DNA of 60,509 nt from an uncultured Candidatus Sumerlaeota bacterium. Its GTDB lineage: Bacteria; CAYMEV01. Under the pieces are notes generated by a model. The model searched no databases and had not been told where the DNA came from. It was given only the letters and a program-made list of their open reading frames with translations. The position numbers and the translations under genes are program-made. The stretch covers positions 62,001 through 122,509 of the forward strand of contig CAYMEV010000011.1 in assembly GCA_964389675.1 (NCBI GenBank), given 5' to 3'. Below, piece after piece: positions 10,601 through 19,311 of the stretch (its first letter is position 1; each line of letters opens with the position of its first letter).

Positions 10601-11625
10601 ACTACATTGCCTAAAATATCATAGTTGAACCTCGAATGACCGCCAATTATTCCTGTATAGACCTGCCCGTGTGTAATACCTGCTTTCAGCCTTATTCCGG
10701 GAAATTTATCCCTGACATCTGATACCAGTCTTACACCTCTCTGTATATTATTCTCGTAAGAAATAGGGGCACCGAATATCACCATGATCGTATCACCTTT
10801 ATCACCGTAGAGGACCCTGAACACCTTTTTTCCAAACTCATTGGATAACTGCTGTATATCAATAATCAAATCATCACTCAGATTGTCAAAACCTATGAAA
10901 AGGCTCGCTACATACCTGAATTCACCGCTTATTTTCAGTTTCAGGATTTCATCAGGGATAAATTCCCTGAGTATATCATCTCTGCAGAAATAGCCTTTTT
11001 CTGCAGTCTTTTCGACAGACAGCTCAGGTATTTTGCAGTCAATAAGCTCAAAATAACTCCCTTCAGCCTCTTTTGCCTTTACAGGATAATCCCTGCAGGC
11101 ATCAATAAAATCCCTGTCCGTTATAATCCTGAATTTGCTGGCTGAACTGCAGCATTTTACACTTTCATAAATTGGAGCACCCCTGAAGTAGTATAGCCTG
11201 TCTTTCGTTTTCCCGATTATGGCCCATTTCAGCTTTCCGAGAGAAATCCCTATCTTGCCTGATACCTCAAATCCTCCCGGTACTGTTTTCCTTGCATTAT
11301 TTGCCTTAAGTGCCCTGATCATCATTACTGAAGCATCGCACGCACCAGAAGGGGTACCATGACAGGGAAAAAGGGCAAAAAATGCATCCCCTGCAAAATG
11401 AGAAATAAAACCCCCTTTTTCATGGACAATTTCAATAAGGGGTTCAAAAACGCTGTTTACTAATTTTGAAAGTTCTTCTGCCCCTTCTTTTCCGGATGAC
11501 ATAAGCCTTTCTGTGATCTGAGTAAATCCTGAAATATCAAGATAGAGGCATACAGCCTCAAATTCCCCGTGGTATGACTTTTCATCAAATTTTCTGCAGA
11601 TAAAATCTGGTATGATCCCCTGCAT
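7666..11625 (-). CDS. Soluble-adenylyl-cyclase-like protein: two class III cyclase domains + STAND AAA ATPase + TPR repeats (paralog 2)
   Basis: C1: YLDISGFT, FAGDA. C2: GDKG, YDILGNVVNLSARF. Walker A GIPGIGKS, Walker B LAEDIHWLD, GNPFYIEQ, FKHALL, then TPRs. Colinear with 3664..7611. Confidence 0.9.
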   Translation of the reverse strand: MQGIIPDFICRKFDEKSYHGEFEAVCLYLDISGFTQITERLMSSGKEGAEELSKLVNSVFEPLIEIVHEKGGFISHFAGDAFFALFPCHGTPSGACDASVMMIRALKANNARKTVPGGFEVSGKIGISLGKLKWAIIGKTKDRLYYFRGAPIYESVKCCSSASKFRIITDRDFIDACRDYPVKAKEAEGSYFELIDCKIPELSVEKTAEKGYFCRDDILREFIPDEILKLKISGEFRYVASLFIGFDNLSDDLIIDIQQLSNEFGKKVFRVLYGDKGDTIMVIFGAPISYENNIQRGVRLVSDVRDKFPGIRLKAGITHGQVYTGIIGGHSRFNYDILGNVVNLSARFMEAADWNEILISHEAEAAVRDEYDIEYLGKRHFKGIKAPKRVYSIIRRRLMHKESEYSAPIIGRKEETGTALEWLKPLQEGRSAGIIYIYGIPGIGKSRLAAEVVQRFDCDKRVFVMKTDNIIETELYPFIYALKGYFEQLKIRKTEESRQYFENIYDNMIKLISSDNIVHPEKESIINELKRTKSILAALLGIYWKDSLYEALDPKGRYENTLFSLRNFFLAQSLICPVILLAEDIHWLDDASKEAFKLIFSDIDNFRIGLIATGRYNDDNSRPVLFGHENTAICNEINLRFLEDMEIDNLIQSQFKSRIDNRLRDFIRTKSSGNPFYIEQFYLYLSENDLISIENGKASLVKTETDIPAGINHILISRIDRLSLELKQAVQIASVLGREFETNLLVDLINVVDKELSGSILDELIGIGKQEQIWAPLSEIRYIFKHALLHEAVYNMQLKTNLRKLHRMAGELIEKEYSGTESKFLEIANHFDKAEQNEKAVLYYRKALSFLLKNFSNKKALDVLERLIELTEEKSEIIRLYMQKSDVLLLFAEWNSALSILYKAMEMLPEPSEKTILELEIKNRIANVQRSKGEYSESIEIASSVIESIKNEKISGSEDIYSRAISILGNNYQCMSDYKKAMEYYDDERKIYEKEGNDSKLSRVLINIGYIFFERGDYENALLYYNKSRDICEKLDLKANLAPLLVNIGGLYFNTGDTERAMELFKKSRKIFEEIGNRRELGIITGNMGSVYFQLEDYEKALECFRFLKKISLEIGDKAILNASLTNIGAIHYAEGRYKEALLVLEKARELACEAGDKMNLINILTNLGSVFMESGKYDRASELFENARSICREVGYKYGLLVLLAQIGTLHYSTGLYEKAYESAEALKKLTDELKIERFRFEAQLLESKVLAKRDNNTQPILKMLTVFQDIKETGRIHYEIWKITGDNCHREKSLGIYKQMLKEKPSFQTRKLIDELK

Positions 11626-11700
11626 TATTTCCCTTGATCAGTTAATAGAACAGAAAACAGCTTATAAAATATCCCTCTGCTTAAGGTGTGCCTCAATGCG

Positions 11701-12444
11701 TCAGAATGCATAAGACAGCCCGCCTTTTATCATAAGGCCGTCAAAAAAGCCGATATCTGCATAAAGGCTTGCATTCTCATAGAAATAGTACTTCAGGCCG
11801 GCGCTGAGTGCAAATATGGGGATATAATCAGTGTCAAGATCCTCTATCTCACTGAAATCCTGGCTGTCGGAAGCAGAGTAATACTCCTCCCCTTGCGGGC
11901 CATAGAAAATCCCTTCAGAAAAATATGAGACATCACCCTTCAAGGGGCTTATTCCTGCACCCAGTGAAATATAGGGCCTCAAACTTGATTCAGGCGAGAA
12001 TTCCCACATCAGGTCCAGAATATAGGACCTGATATCAAAATTGATAGTACCCTCTGCATTGCCTATAAATACACTGTCAGAAAGAAAATACTGCGTCAAA
12101 TTTCCTGTCAGGTCCACAGTCGCATCAAAGGATACATAGCCAAACCCAATAGAAAATATCCCGTTTTCACCTTTGGGGTATATCCTTATATTGAGCCCTA
12201 AGCCATTTCCGCGTGAATCATAATCAAAATTATAATCAAGATTTGAAAGGATCTCATCCGGAAAATCCTCTCCAAACTGCTCCTGTATCTCTTCTTCAAT
12301 AGAGTCTTCAACGATATCGAGGATGATACCCTTAAAATGCTGTATATTCCAGTAATTAGCACCCAGGCTTATCTCAACCTTAGCACTGCAGTAGAAAGGT
12401 GCCTGAAGCAGAATAATAAAAAGAACTGCCGTTAAATATTTCAT
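11701..12444 (-). CDS. Outer-membrane beta-barrel protein
   Basis: Signal peptide, amphipathic beta-strands (LRPYISLGAG, AGLKYYF) and a terminal GGLSYAF beta-signal ending in Phe. Confidence 0.75.
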   Translation of the reverse strand: MKYLTAVLFIILLQAPFYCSAKVEISLGANYWNIQHFKGIILDIVEDSIEEEIQEQFGEDFPDEILSNLDYNFDYDSRGNGLGLNIRIYPKGENGIFSIGFGYVSFDATVDLTGNLTQYFLSDSVFIGNAEGTINFDIRSYILDLMWEFSPESSLRPYISLGAGISPLKGDVSYFSEGIFYGPQGEEYYSASDSQDFSEIEDLDTDYIPIFALSAGLKYYFYENASLYADIGFFDGLMIKGGLSYAF

Positions 12445-12962
12445 TTATTTTCTATACCCCACCATTCAAATTTTATTATATCTGAGTTGAAAGCTACCCT
12501 GAACTCATCCTCAGTATTATAATGTTTGTTTGTAAAATATACCATTGTCATATTGCCGTCCGGAAGCACCTCATATCCGTGCATGACTCCATTTGGTATC
12601 CTTACTGCTTTCAGAAAATATTCCCCGCATACTATGCTGTTGGCATAAAGATATGTAGGGCTGTCCTTCCTGATATCAACAAGGGTTATCTTTGCTGTCC
12701 CCCTGACAGGCAGGAAAATATCAGTCTGTTCCATATGGTAGTGGAAGGCTTTGATGACCCCCTGCCTTGTCATTGTAATGGAAGACTGCTTAACCTCAAA
12801 ATCTTCCGATATGGGGTCAGATGTCCTGAATATCTCAGCAAAAAACCCTCTGTCATCCGGAAAGAGAGTAAGCTCCCTGATGTGGACCCCCTCAATGACC
12901 CCTTTTGACTTATTTGATATAATATTACTATGCTGCCTTATTTTTCCTAATTCTACCTGCAT
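12441..12962 (-). CDS. rmlC: dTDP-4-dehydrorhamnose 3,5-epimerase family (RmlC-like cupin)
   Basis: DDRGFFAE, GVIKAFHYH, VDIRKDSPT and IPNGVMHGY. ATGA overlap with the beta-barrel gene. Confidence 0.8.
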   Translation of the reverse strand: MQVELGKIRQHSNIISNKSKGVIEGVHIRELTLFPDDRGFFAEIFRTSDPISEDFEVKQSSITMTRQGVIKAFHYHMEQTDIFLPVRGTAKITLVDIRKDSPTYLYANSIVCGEYFLKAVRIPNGVMHGYEVLPDGNMTMVYFTNKHYNTEDEFRVAFNSDIIKFEWWGIENK

Positions 12963-13052
12963 CTTCCCCTCCGTTAAATATTGATTATTAAGCTATATTT
13001 AAGACTATACTTAATAATTTATCAATAAAAAAACTTTATTATTTAATATCTC

Positions 13053-13061
13053 TGGTATATT
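13053..13061 (+). promoter_or_regulatory. Extended -10 element 8 nt before the ATG (possible leaderless transcript)
   Basis: TGGTATATT at 13053-13061, ATG at 13070, no SD-like purine run between. Confidence 0.4.
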
Positions 13062-13069
13062 TATATTAT

Positions 13070-13627
13070 ATGAAAAATATTTTCTGTATGGGTGATTCTC
13101 TTACATATGGATTTTATCCCTATTTCCTGAAATCCCGCCTTAAAACACATAAAGGCCGTATAAAAGTGATCAATCTCGGGATACAGGGCTTCAATTCAGG
13201 TATGTATCTGAATTACCTGAAAAAGAATTTAAGCCTCATTACCAGCCATAATGAAAATATTTCTCTTTTAATGCTTGGAACAAATGATATCAGATTGGGT
13301 TTAAAGTACACATTATGCAGAAAATACAAAAAAAATATGGAATCAATAATAAAAATGCTTCTTGACAGGAATTTCAAAATCATACTATCCCTCGTTCCTC
13401 CAGTCACAAGGACTGTATTCCCCTATTACCTGAAATCCTGCATAAAAAGGCTGGATTTATGCATCAATCAGATTATTCCATATTTATCAGATGAATATGT
13501 ACTGCCTCTTGCAGACAATTATAAAAGTATGATAGGCCAGAATTTTCCGGACGGCATACACCCGGACCTTAAAGGCTATAAACAAATGGCTGATACATGG
13601 TATCAGGAACTTAAAAAAATTATATAA
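13070..13627 (+). CDS. SGNH/GDSL hydrolase
   Basis: Blocks GDSLT, NLGIQG, LGTND and DGIHP. Confidence 0.9.
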   Translation: MKNIFCMGDSLTYGFYPYFLKSRLKTHKGRIKVINLGIQGFNSGMYLNYLKKNLSLITSHNENISLLMLGTNDIRLGLKYTLCRKYKKNMESIIKMLLDRNFKIILSLVPPVTRTVFPYYLKSCIKRLDLCINQIIPYLSDEYVLPLADNYKSMIGQNFPDGIHPDLKGYKQMADTWYQELKKII

Positions 13628-13637
13628 AGGAGCTTAA

Positions 13638-14726
13638 ATGGGCATCCCTTTTAAGAAAAGGCATCTGACAATACTGTTATCTGCTCTGCTGTCTGCAGGG
13701 CTTATGTATTATCTGTACAGGGACTTTAATTTCCTCGAGCTTTTTTCAGACCTCAAAAATATTAACAAATATTACTTATTATCATTCATCGGCATATATC
13801 TGTGCACTGTCTTCATAAGGACATTCAGGTACTGGTTTCTGGTAGGAACGCATAATATAGGCTTCTTCCCCATATTCCTCACAACAATTGTAAGGAATAT
13901 GTTTGTCGATCTTCTGCCTGCACGGTTAGGTTCAATATCATATATCATAATACTGAAAAAGAAATTCAATATTGATTATGATATAGGGGCCGTTTCCCTC
14001 GGCTTATCGATATTTTTTGATATTGCCGTAATGTTTCCCCTTCTGCTGATGGCAGTGATATACATGCTGTACCACATCGGAAGCGATGTCATAAATATCG
14101 ACTACAACCTTTACATAGCCGTTCTTCTAATGGTAAATATTGTTTTTATTATTGCCATATTTTTTCTGGACAGACTGATACTGATGGCAAAAAAGATAAC
14201 AGATTATTTCTCAAACCTACTTAGGCTAAGATCCTACAAAGTCCCTAAAATCATCCTTGAATTCCTCGACAGGATATTTGCAGATATAATAAAAGCAAAG
14301 AAGAACAGGACCTATTTCCTCATCTTCATTCTTTCATTTGCCCTAAGGATACTGAAGTATATGGGGCTCTATTTCCTCCTGCTTGCCATTGTCTTTCCGT
14401 TCGGCCTTGAAAACTATGAAAACCTGAGCTTTTTCTCGAGCTTCCTTGGAACTGCAGCAACTGAAATGAGCGAGTTTCTGCCCATAAAAGGCATAGGGGG
14501 CATAGGCACATGGCATTTTGTGTGGGCAAAAACATTTGAATTTCTCAATATACTTGATTTTGAGCTTGCAAAAAAAGCAGGTATAATGCTTCATACGATC
14601 ACACAGCTCATTGAGTATTCAGCAGGCATAATAGTACTTTTATATATAATATCCCTGAAAAAAAGAATGGATAAAAAAGCGCTTCAAAAAGAGGAATTTC
14701 AGAATAAAAGTTCTATGAACCTGTAG
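13638..14726 (+). CDS. Lysylphosphatidylglycerol-synthase-TM / flippase-like membrane protein (UPF0104)
   Basis: Multi-TM, with IRTFRY.FL, LLPARLG and LPIKGIGGIGT. AGGAG RBS. Confidence 0.75.
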   Translation: MGIPFKKRHLTILLSALLSAGLMYYLYRDFNFLELFSDLKNINKYYLLSFIGIYLCTVFIRTFRYWFLVGTHNIGFFPIFLTTIVRNMFVDLLPARLGSISYIIILKKKFNIDYDIGAVSLGLSIFFDIAVMFPLLLMAVIYMLYHIGSDVINIDYNLYIAVLLMVNIVFIIAIFFLDRLILMAKKITDYFSNLLRLRSYKVPKIILEFLDRIFADIIKAKKNRTYFLIFILSFALRILKYMGLYFLLLAIVFPFGLENYENLSFFSSFLGTAATEMSEFLPIKGIGGIGTWHFVWAKTFEFLNILDFELAKKAGIMLHTITQLIEYSAGIIVLLYIISLKKRMDKKALQKEEFQNKSSMNL

Positions 14727-15331
14727 AAGAACCTCAGGAAAAACATCAGGATCCATCCGGCAATACCGAAGTATATAAATCCAAGCAGTATAAGAAAGCC
14801 GAAGGGCTCAATCTTCTGGTAAAACTCCTCAACCTTTCCTGAAAATGCATTCCTTACGATATGGCTTCCGTCCAGCGGAGGTATGGGGATCAGGTTAAAT
14901 AATGCGAGGACAAAGTTCAGCACCATGGCTGAAAAGAGTATCTGCATCAGCCTGACTGAATTGGGGAAAACAATGGAGCCTGCTTTTGCAATTGCAAGGA
15001 AGACTATAACCAGGGCAAGGTTTGATGCAGGTCCTGCAAATGATACAAGTATCTCATCTCTTCTTCTGTTCCTGAAATAAAAAGGGTTTACCGGGACTGG
15101 CTTGGCCCAGCCGAACAGGATCCCTGCATTCATTACAATAAGGATAAGGGGCACAATTATGCTTCCGACAAGGTCAATATGGGGAATGGGATTCAATGAA
15201 AGCCTGCCCCTGTCCCTTGCTGTAGTATCTCCGCACAGGTAAGCAGCATAGCCGTGGCTTATCTCGTGGATTATGATTGAATATATCAGAATGATAATAG
15301 TAAAAACAAGTACAACCGGATCACTGAACAT
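14699..15331 (-). CDS. Site-2 protease (peptidase M50)
   Basis: HEISH zinc motif, GWAKPVPVNP, AGPASN and FNLIPIPPLDG. Confidence 0.95.
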   Translation of the reverse strand: MFSDPVVLVFTIIILIYSIIIHEISHGYAAYLCGDTTARDRGRLSLNPIPHIDLVGSIIVPLILIVMNAGILFGWAKPVPVNPFYFRNRRRDEILVSFAGPASNLALVIVFLAIAKAGSIVFPNSVRLMQILFSAMVLNFVLALFNLIPIPPLDGSHIVRNAFSGKVEEFYQKIEPFGFLILLGFIYFGIAGWILMFFLRFFYRFIELLF

Positions 15332-15333
15332 AG

Positions 15334-17652
15334 TTATCTTCCTATCTTAAGCCTGTCTGCGAGGATTCTGGGCAGGTTTTTATCCTTTATCTTCGAAATA
15401 ACACTCTTTATGTCATACCTTAGCCTTATAAACTTCAGTATATCCTTTTCAAGTATGACATAGCAGGCCCTGTTGTCCTTATCTCTCGGCTGGCCTACTG
15501 AACCAATATTTATTAATGCTCTCTGGTAAGCCCTGAGGTCAAAGCTGAACTCATCTCTTTTTTTCTTATGGTCAGATTCCGGAAGCGGTTCAAAATGAAC
15601 GGCATCTTCTTCTTCTGAATACGAATAGATGCCGGTAAGATGGGTGTGCCCGTAAAAACAGTATTTTCTTCCCTTAAATCTGTCAGCAGAAAAATTTTCC
15701 TTAGCAGATTTTGGATTATTTATATATTCAAAAAAGGGATACTTCGGAGATGCATGTATGAACAGATAATCTCCGAATGCAACTCCCCGCAGGAATCTGG
15801 CAACTGTCGAAATATCTGTTGAACCCATATTATTCTTTGTCCATTCTATAGCTTCCTTTGCATAGCTGTTAAAACCTTTATCACCGTTAAAAATAGCATT
15901 TTCATGGTTTCCCATGAGTATAAAATCAAATATTCTCGAAAGCTCAAGCACTTCCTTGGGATTAGGGCCGTATCCAACAATATCTCCGAGACAGAATATA
16001 AAATCAACATCCTGGTCGTCAATATCCTGAAGAACACTCTGGAACGCCTCCAGATTAGCGTGTATATCACTTATTATTGCGATTTTTGACTCTGAAAGGA
16101 GATCCCTGAACAAAGTCTCCATATCCAGGCTGGACTCATACCTTTTGAGAAAGTTTATGTGGTTCAGGATGCGCGATTGGGCAGTAAGGAGATCTTCCCG
16201 GATAATATTATATCTGTTTATAAAAAATGCTAACTCATTTTTGCTCGTGATATCCAGCAGATTTATCTTTCTTTTTTCCTTCTCATCAACATTAAGATTC
16301 ATCATTTCAAGGTTTTTGGAAAACAGGAACCTGTCAAAATCATAGAAACCGAGCCTCTGGATCTGGCCAATAAACTTCTTCACCATCTCCAGGTAGTTGA
16401 TCTGAAGGCTCAATGTCCCTTTATTAAGCTCATGGAAAATTATATTAATAAAGAAGTATTCCTCGATCAGATTAATAAGCTCGCCAAGAATGTTCATCCT
16501 GCTCTGGTATGACCAGAAGCTTCTGTTTTTCTCCATATTGTTCACTATGATCTTCATCATGTAGAAAAAGCCCTTATTACCGAAATCAGTCTTCAGTTCT
16601 ATCATAATCTTGAGAATATACCTGAAAAACTTTTCAAACTCCAGTTTAGACTCATAGAGCTCATTGAACTTCTTTTCTACCAGGGATTCATAGCCCTCAT
16701 TATGGATTTTCCATGAATTAGAGAACAGCTCGATCAGTATTGATTCTATTGCAAATGGTATATCCGTATCGCTGTAGCGTTGCCTGAGGCTTAAGACTAC
16801 CTCTTCAAAATTGCTTCTCCGGCTCTCAGGGTCTATGCTCTCCAGGTCCTTAAGCTGGGATATATTGAAAAGCCTGTCTACAAAGCTGAGGTCCTCCTGG
16901 GTTCTGGCATTACTGTTTAAAAAATCCAGAAATACCCTGAAAAGCTTATTCTGATACGGGTGTTCCTTATATAATATGGAAAGGAATTCCAGCTTCAATG
17001 AGCCTTTGATCTTCGTTTCCTGAGAAAAGACCTGCTTAAGAATATCATAGAATTCCAGTGACCTTTTCCATATCAGAGAAAAGGCTATTACTGTAGACTT
17101 GGACAGGCTTACGTTCTTGTCAAGGACATCCTGCAGTATGTCAGGGCTGTTTAATGGCAGATCCCATTCATTCAGGTCGCTTTCATTGAACGGAAAGGGA
17201 TTTTCACCCTTGAAGAAGCTTTTTACGGGAGTAAACAGCAGAAAGACATTCCTTATAGGGTGAAGGAACTCAAAAATATCGTTTGAGGGGTGTAATGATC
17301 CTATAGCGACCTTTACATCCCCTGTTTTGGTCTTTCTTTTTGACAGCAGTTTGAGAAGGATCTTGGATGTATCTTCAGATGATACCTTTTTCTCATATGC
17401 GTCTCTGCGGTAAAGGCATAATACATCGCCATAATGTGTCAGCTTCTCGTCTGTGAGGATGATCTCTTTTGAATAGCATTTTATGTGGAGTTTTGATTCA
17501 TCATTTTTATCACTGTGCTCAAATTTAATGAATTCCTTGGCAAAATTTCCGCTTTTCATTGACAGATTGGGGGTGTTTATATCCAGTCCGATATCGCCAA
17601 TATATGATATATCAATTAGATAATCTGAAAATTCAAAAAATAAGTTATGCAT
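15334..17652 (-). CDS. Metallophosphoesterase (calcineurin-like, PPP/YfcE type) with a ~520-aa unassigned N-terminal region
   Basis: C-terminal ISDIHAN, LGDIVGYGPNP, GNHE, HASP, GHTH and NIGSVGQPRD. N-terminus not recognised. Confidence 0.8.
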   Translation of the reverse strand: MHNLFFEFSDYLIDISYIGDIGLDINTPNLSMKSGNFAKEFIKFEHSDKNDESKLHIKCYSKEIILTDEKLTHYGDVLCLYRRDAYEKKVSSEDTSKILLKLLSKRKTKTGDVKVAIGSLHPSNDIFEFLHPIRNVFLLFTPVKSFFKGENPFPFNESDLNEWDLPLNSPDILQDVLDKNVSLSKSTVIAFSLIWKRSLEFYDILKQVFSQETKIKGSLKLEFLSILYKEHPYQNKLFRVFLDFLNSNARTQEDLSFVDRLFNISQLKDLESIDPESRRSNFEEVVLSLRQRYSDTDIPFAIESILIELFSNSWKIHNEGYESLVEKKFNELYESKLEFEKFFRYILKIMIELKTDFGNKGFFYMMKIIVNNMEKNRSFWSYQSRMNILGELINLIEEYFFINIIFHELNKGTLSLQINYLEMVKKFIGQIQRLGFYDFDRFLFSKNLEMMNLNVDEKEKRKINLLDITSKNELAFFINRYNIIREDLLTAQSRILNHINFLKRYESSLDMETLFRDLLSESKIAIISDIHANLEAFQSVLQDIDDQDVDFIFCLGDIVGYGPNPKEVLELSRIFDFILMGNHENAIFNGDKGFNSYAKEAIEWTKNNMGSTDISTVARFLRGVAFGDYLFIHASPKYPFFEYINNPKSAKENFSADRFKGRKYCFYGHTHLTGIYSYSEEEDAVHFEPLPESDHKKKRDEFSFDLRAYQRALINIGSVGQPRDKDNRACYVILEKDILKFIRLRYDIKSVISKIKDKNLPRILADRLKIGR

Positions 17653-17701
17653 TTCTTAAAATCTACCCAGATTCAATACTTTATATGAAAAAAGGCAATA
17701 A

Positions 17702-18610
17702 TCAAAACAAAATATTGTAATTAGCATATATAAATATGCTGTAAAGTAATAGAATACACAAAATTACCAACTTAATAAGAAAAATAATATAGTCAAACCT
17801 GGCTTTCTTAAAGTAATCCTTTTCGACATTTTTAAGGAGGTTTTTCTTATGCTTTGCAAAAAACCCCCCAAACAGCTTGAATGAAAAAACATATGAGAAA
17901 AACTGGTAAAGCAGTATTATAACTGCTGTCGGAAATAAGATCCTGTGAATATTCCATCTATTGCCTTTATGAACTGTTTCCTGCACTGTTGATCCGGGTT
18001 CTGATAAGCTTTTTTCTCCGGCCTCAGGCTCTTTGGGCTTGCTCTTATCAGCAGGTGAGACCTTGCTGAATATCACGCTTTTTGGATCTGAAGGCTGTAC
18101 AGGCCTATCCTCTTCTGGTTCTGGAAGGTCATCTTGAGAAGATGCAGGCTCAGCAGAAGTATCATCAGGACTGGGTTCTTTACCGGGATCGACCTCAGTG
18201 CTGACAGCATTCCTTTCCCGGACAGAGATAATAATACTCCTTGTCCCGGGATTTATGCTGTAGAAAAGCTCTTCCTCAGCAAGGCCAGTATAAAATACAA
18301 CCCTCATTATATCCTTTTTGAATTGCCCTGTCCTTATTCGGTTTATATACGTATCATAGGTCTCATCATAGCTGTATGTTTTCGGGAGTGTCATCCCGCT
18401 GAAATCAAAAACAAGCCTGGTCCTGGTCTCCTTGCTTATACCGTCCAGAGTAAATGCTTTATATGCACCGCTGAAGTCCTCTTTCAGGAATACAGTAGTC
18501 CTGTACTCATCATTTTCAATTTCAGTCTCTATTCTTTCCACTTCCTGCCCTGAGAGCAGGTATGCCGCTGAAAAACAAATGAATAAAAAGAAAATCAATC
18601 TTTTATGCAT
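17702..18610 (-). CDS. AMIN-domain protein with a Pro/acidic linker and C-terminal TM helices
   Basis: Signal peptide, AMIN signatures (YKAFTL..RLVFDF, INRIRTGQF...MRVV), PEP-rich linker, two C-terminal hydrophobic segments. Confidence 0.6.
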   Translation of the reverse strand: MHKRLIFFLFICFSAAYLLSGQEVERIETEIENDEYRTTVFLKEDFSGAYKAFTLDGISKETRTRLVFDFSGMTLPKTYSYDETYDTYINRIRTGQFKKDIMRVVFYTGLAEEELFYSINPGTRSIIISVRERNAVSTEVDPGKEPSPDDTSAEPASSQDDLPEPEEDRPVQPSDPKSVIFSKVSPADKSKPKEPEAGEKSLSEPGSTVQETVHKGNRWNIHRILFPTAVIILLYQFFSYVFSFKLFGGFFAKHKKNLLKNVEKDYFKKARFDYIIFLIKLVILCILLLYSIFIYANYNILF

Positions 18611-19311
18611 GATATTGTCCTTTTTATCTGATCAATCTTTTCAGGCGAAATCTCAATATAATCTCCGCTTTTTATGCCATCAATTGTAAACGGCCCCAGC
18701 TGAAGCCTTATAAGCCTTACAACCTGCATATTATAAAATTTTGCAAGATTTCTGATCTCTCTCTTTTTCCCTTCATGAATACCGATATTAAACCATGTAT
18801 TTGATTTAGTATACGATATATTGCCTATCCTATCAACATAATATCTTTCCTTGTCAGTTTTATGCCCTCCTTTTAGTGACAGGAGAAAATCCCTGTCCAG
18901 CAGGCCTCTAACCTTTATCCTGTAATTCCTCATAATTTTATTGGAAGGGTGTGTAAGCATATTGATCAGGTCCCCGTCATTTGACAGAAACACTAATCCT
19001 TCACTGTTTATATCCAGCCTTCCGGCAATAAAGAGGTTTTTGTCCCTCACAATATCATAAACTGTCTGACGGCTGAATTCATCACTTTTTGTGCACAGGT
19101 AGCCCTGGGGCTTATTCAGCACGATATAACGCTTTTTCTTAACAGAAATATTCTGCCTGTCCAGTGAGACGGTATCTGTATCAGGGTCAATCTGCATATT
19201 AAGGTCGAAGACCAGTTTGCCGTTGACCCTGATCCTGCCTGATTCAATTATTTCCTTGGCCTTGCGCCTGGATGAAATCCCGCAAAGGCTTATAAACCTA
19301 GTAATCCTCAT
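18595..19311 (-). CDS. rluB: rRNA pseudouridine synthase (RluB/RsuA family)
   Basis: S4 domain (SRRKA..I..GRIRVNG), LNKPQGY, catalytic GRLD and HEGKKREIR. Follows scpB. Confidence 0.85.
   Translation of the reverse strand: MRITRFISLCGISSRRKAKEIIESGRIRVNGKLVFDLNMQIDPDTDTVSLDRQNISVKKKRYIVLNKPQGYLCTKSDEFSRQTVYDIVRDKNLFIAGRLDINSEGLVFLSNDGDLINMLTHPSNKIMRNYRIKVRGLLDRDFLLSLKGGHKTDKERYYVDRIGNISYTKSNTWFNIGIHEGKKREIRNLAKFYNMQVVRLIRLQLGPFTIDGIKSGDYIEISPEKIDQIKRTISCIKD

Noticed and set aside
3664-11625. DGR or invertible-element explanation for the inverted paralog pair
   Set aside because: No reverse transcriptase or recombinase, and no near-identical or adenine-only-variant DNA repeat seen. The similarity is mainly at protein level.
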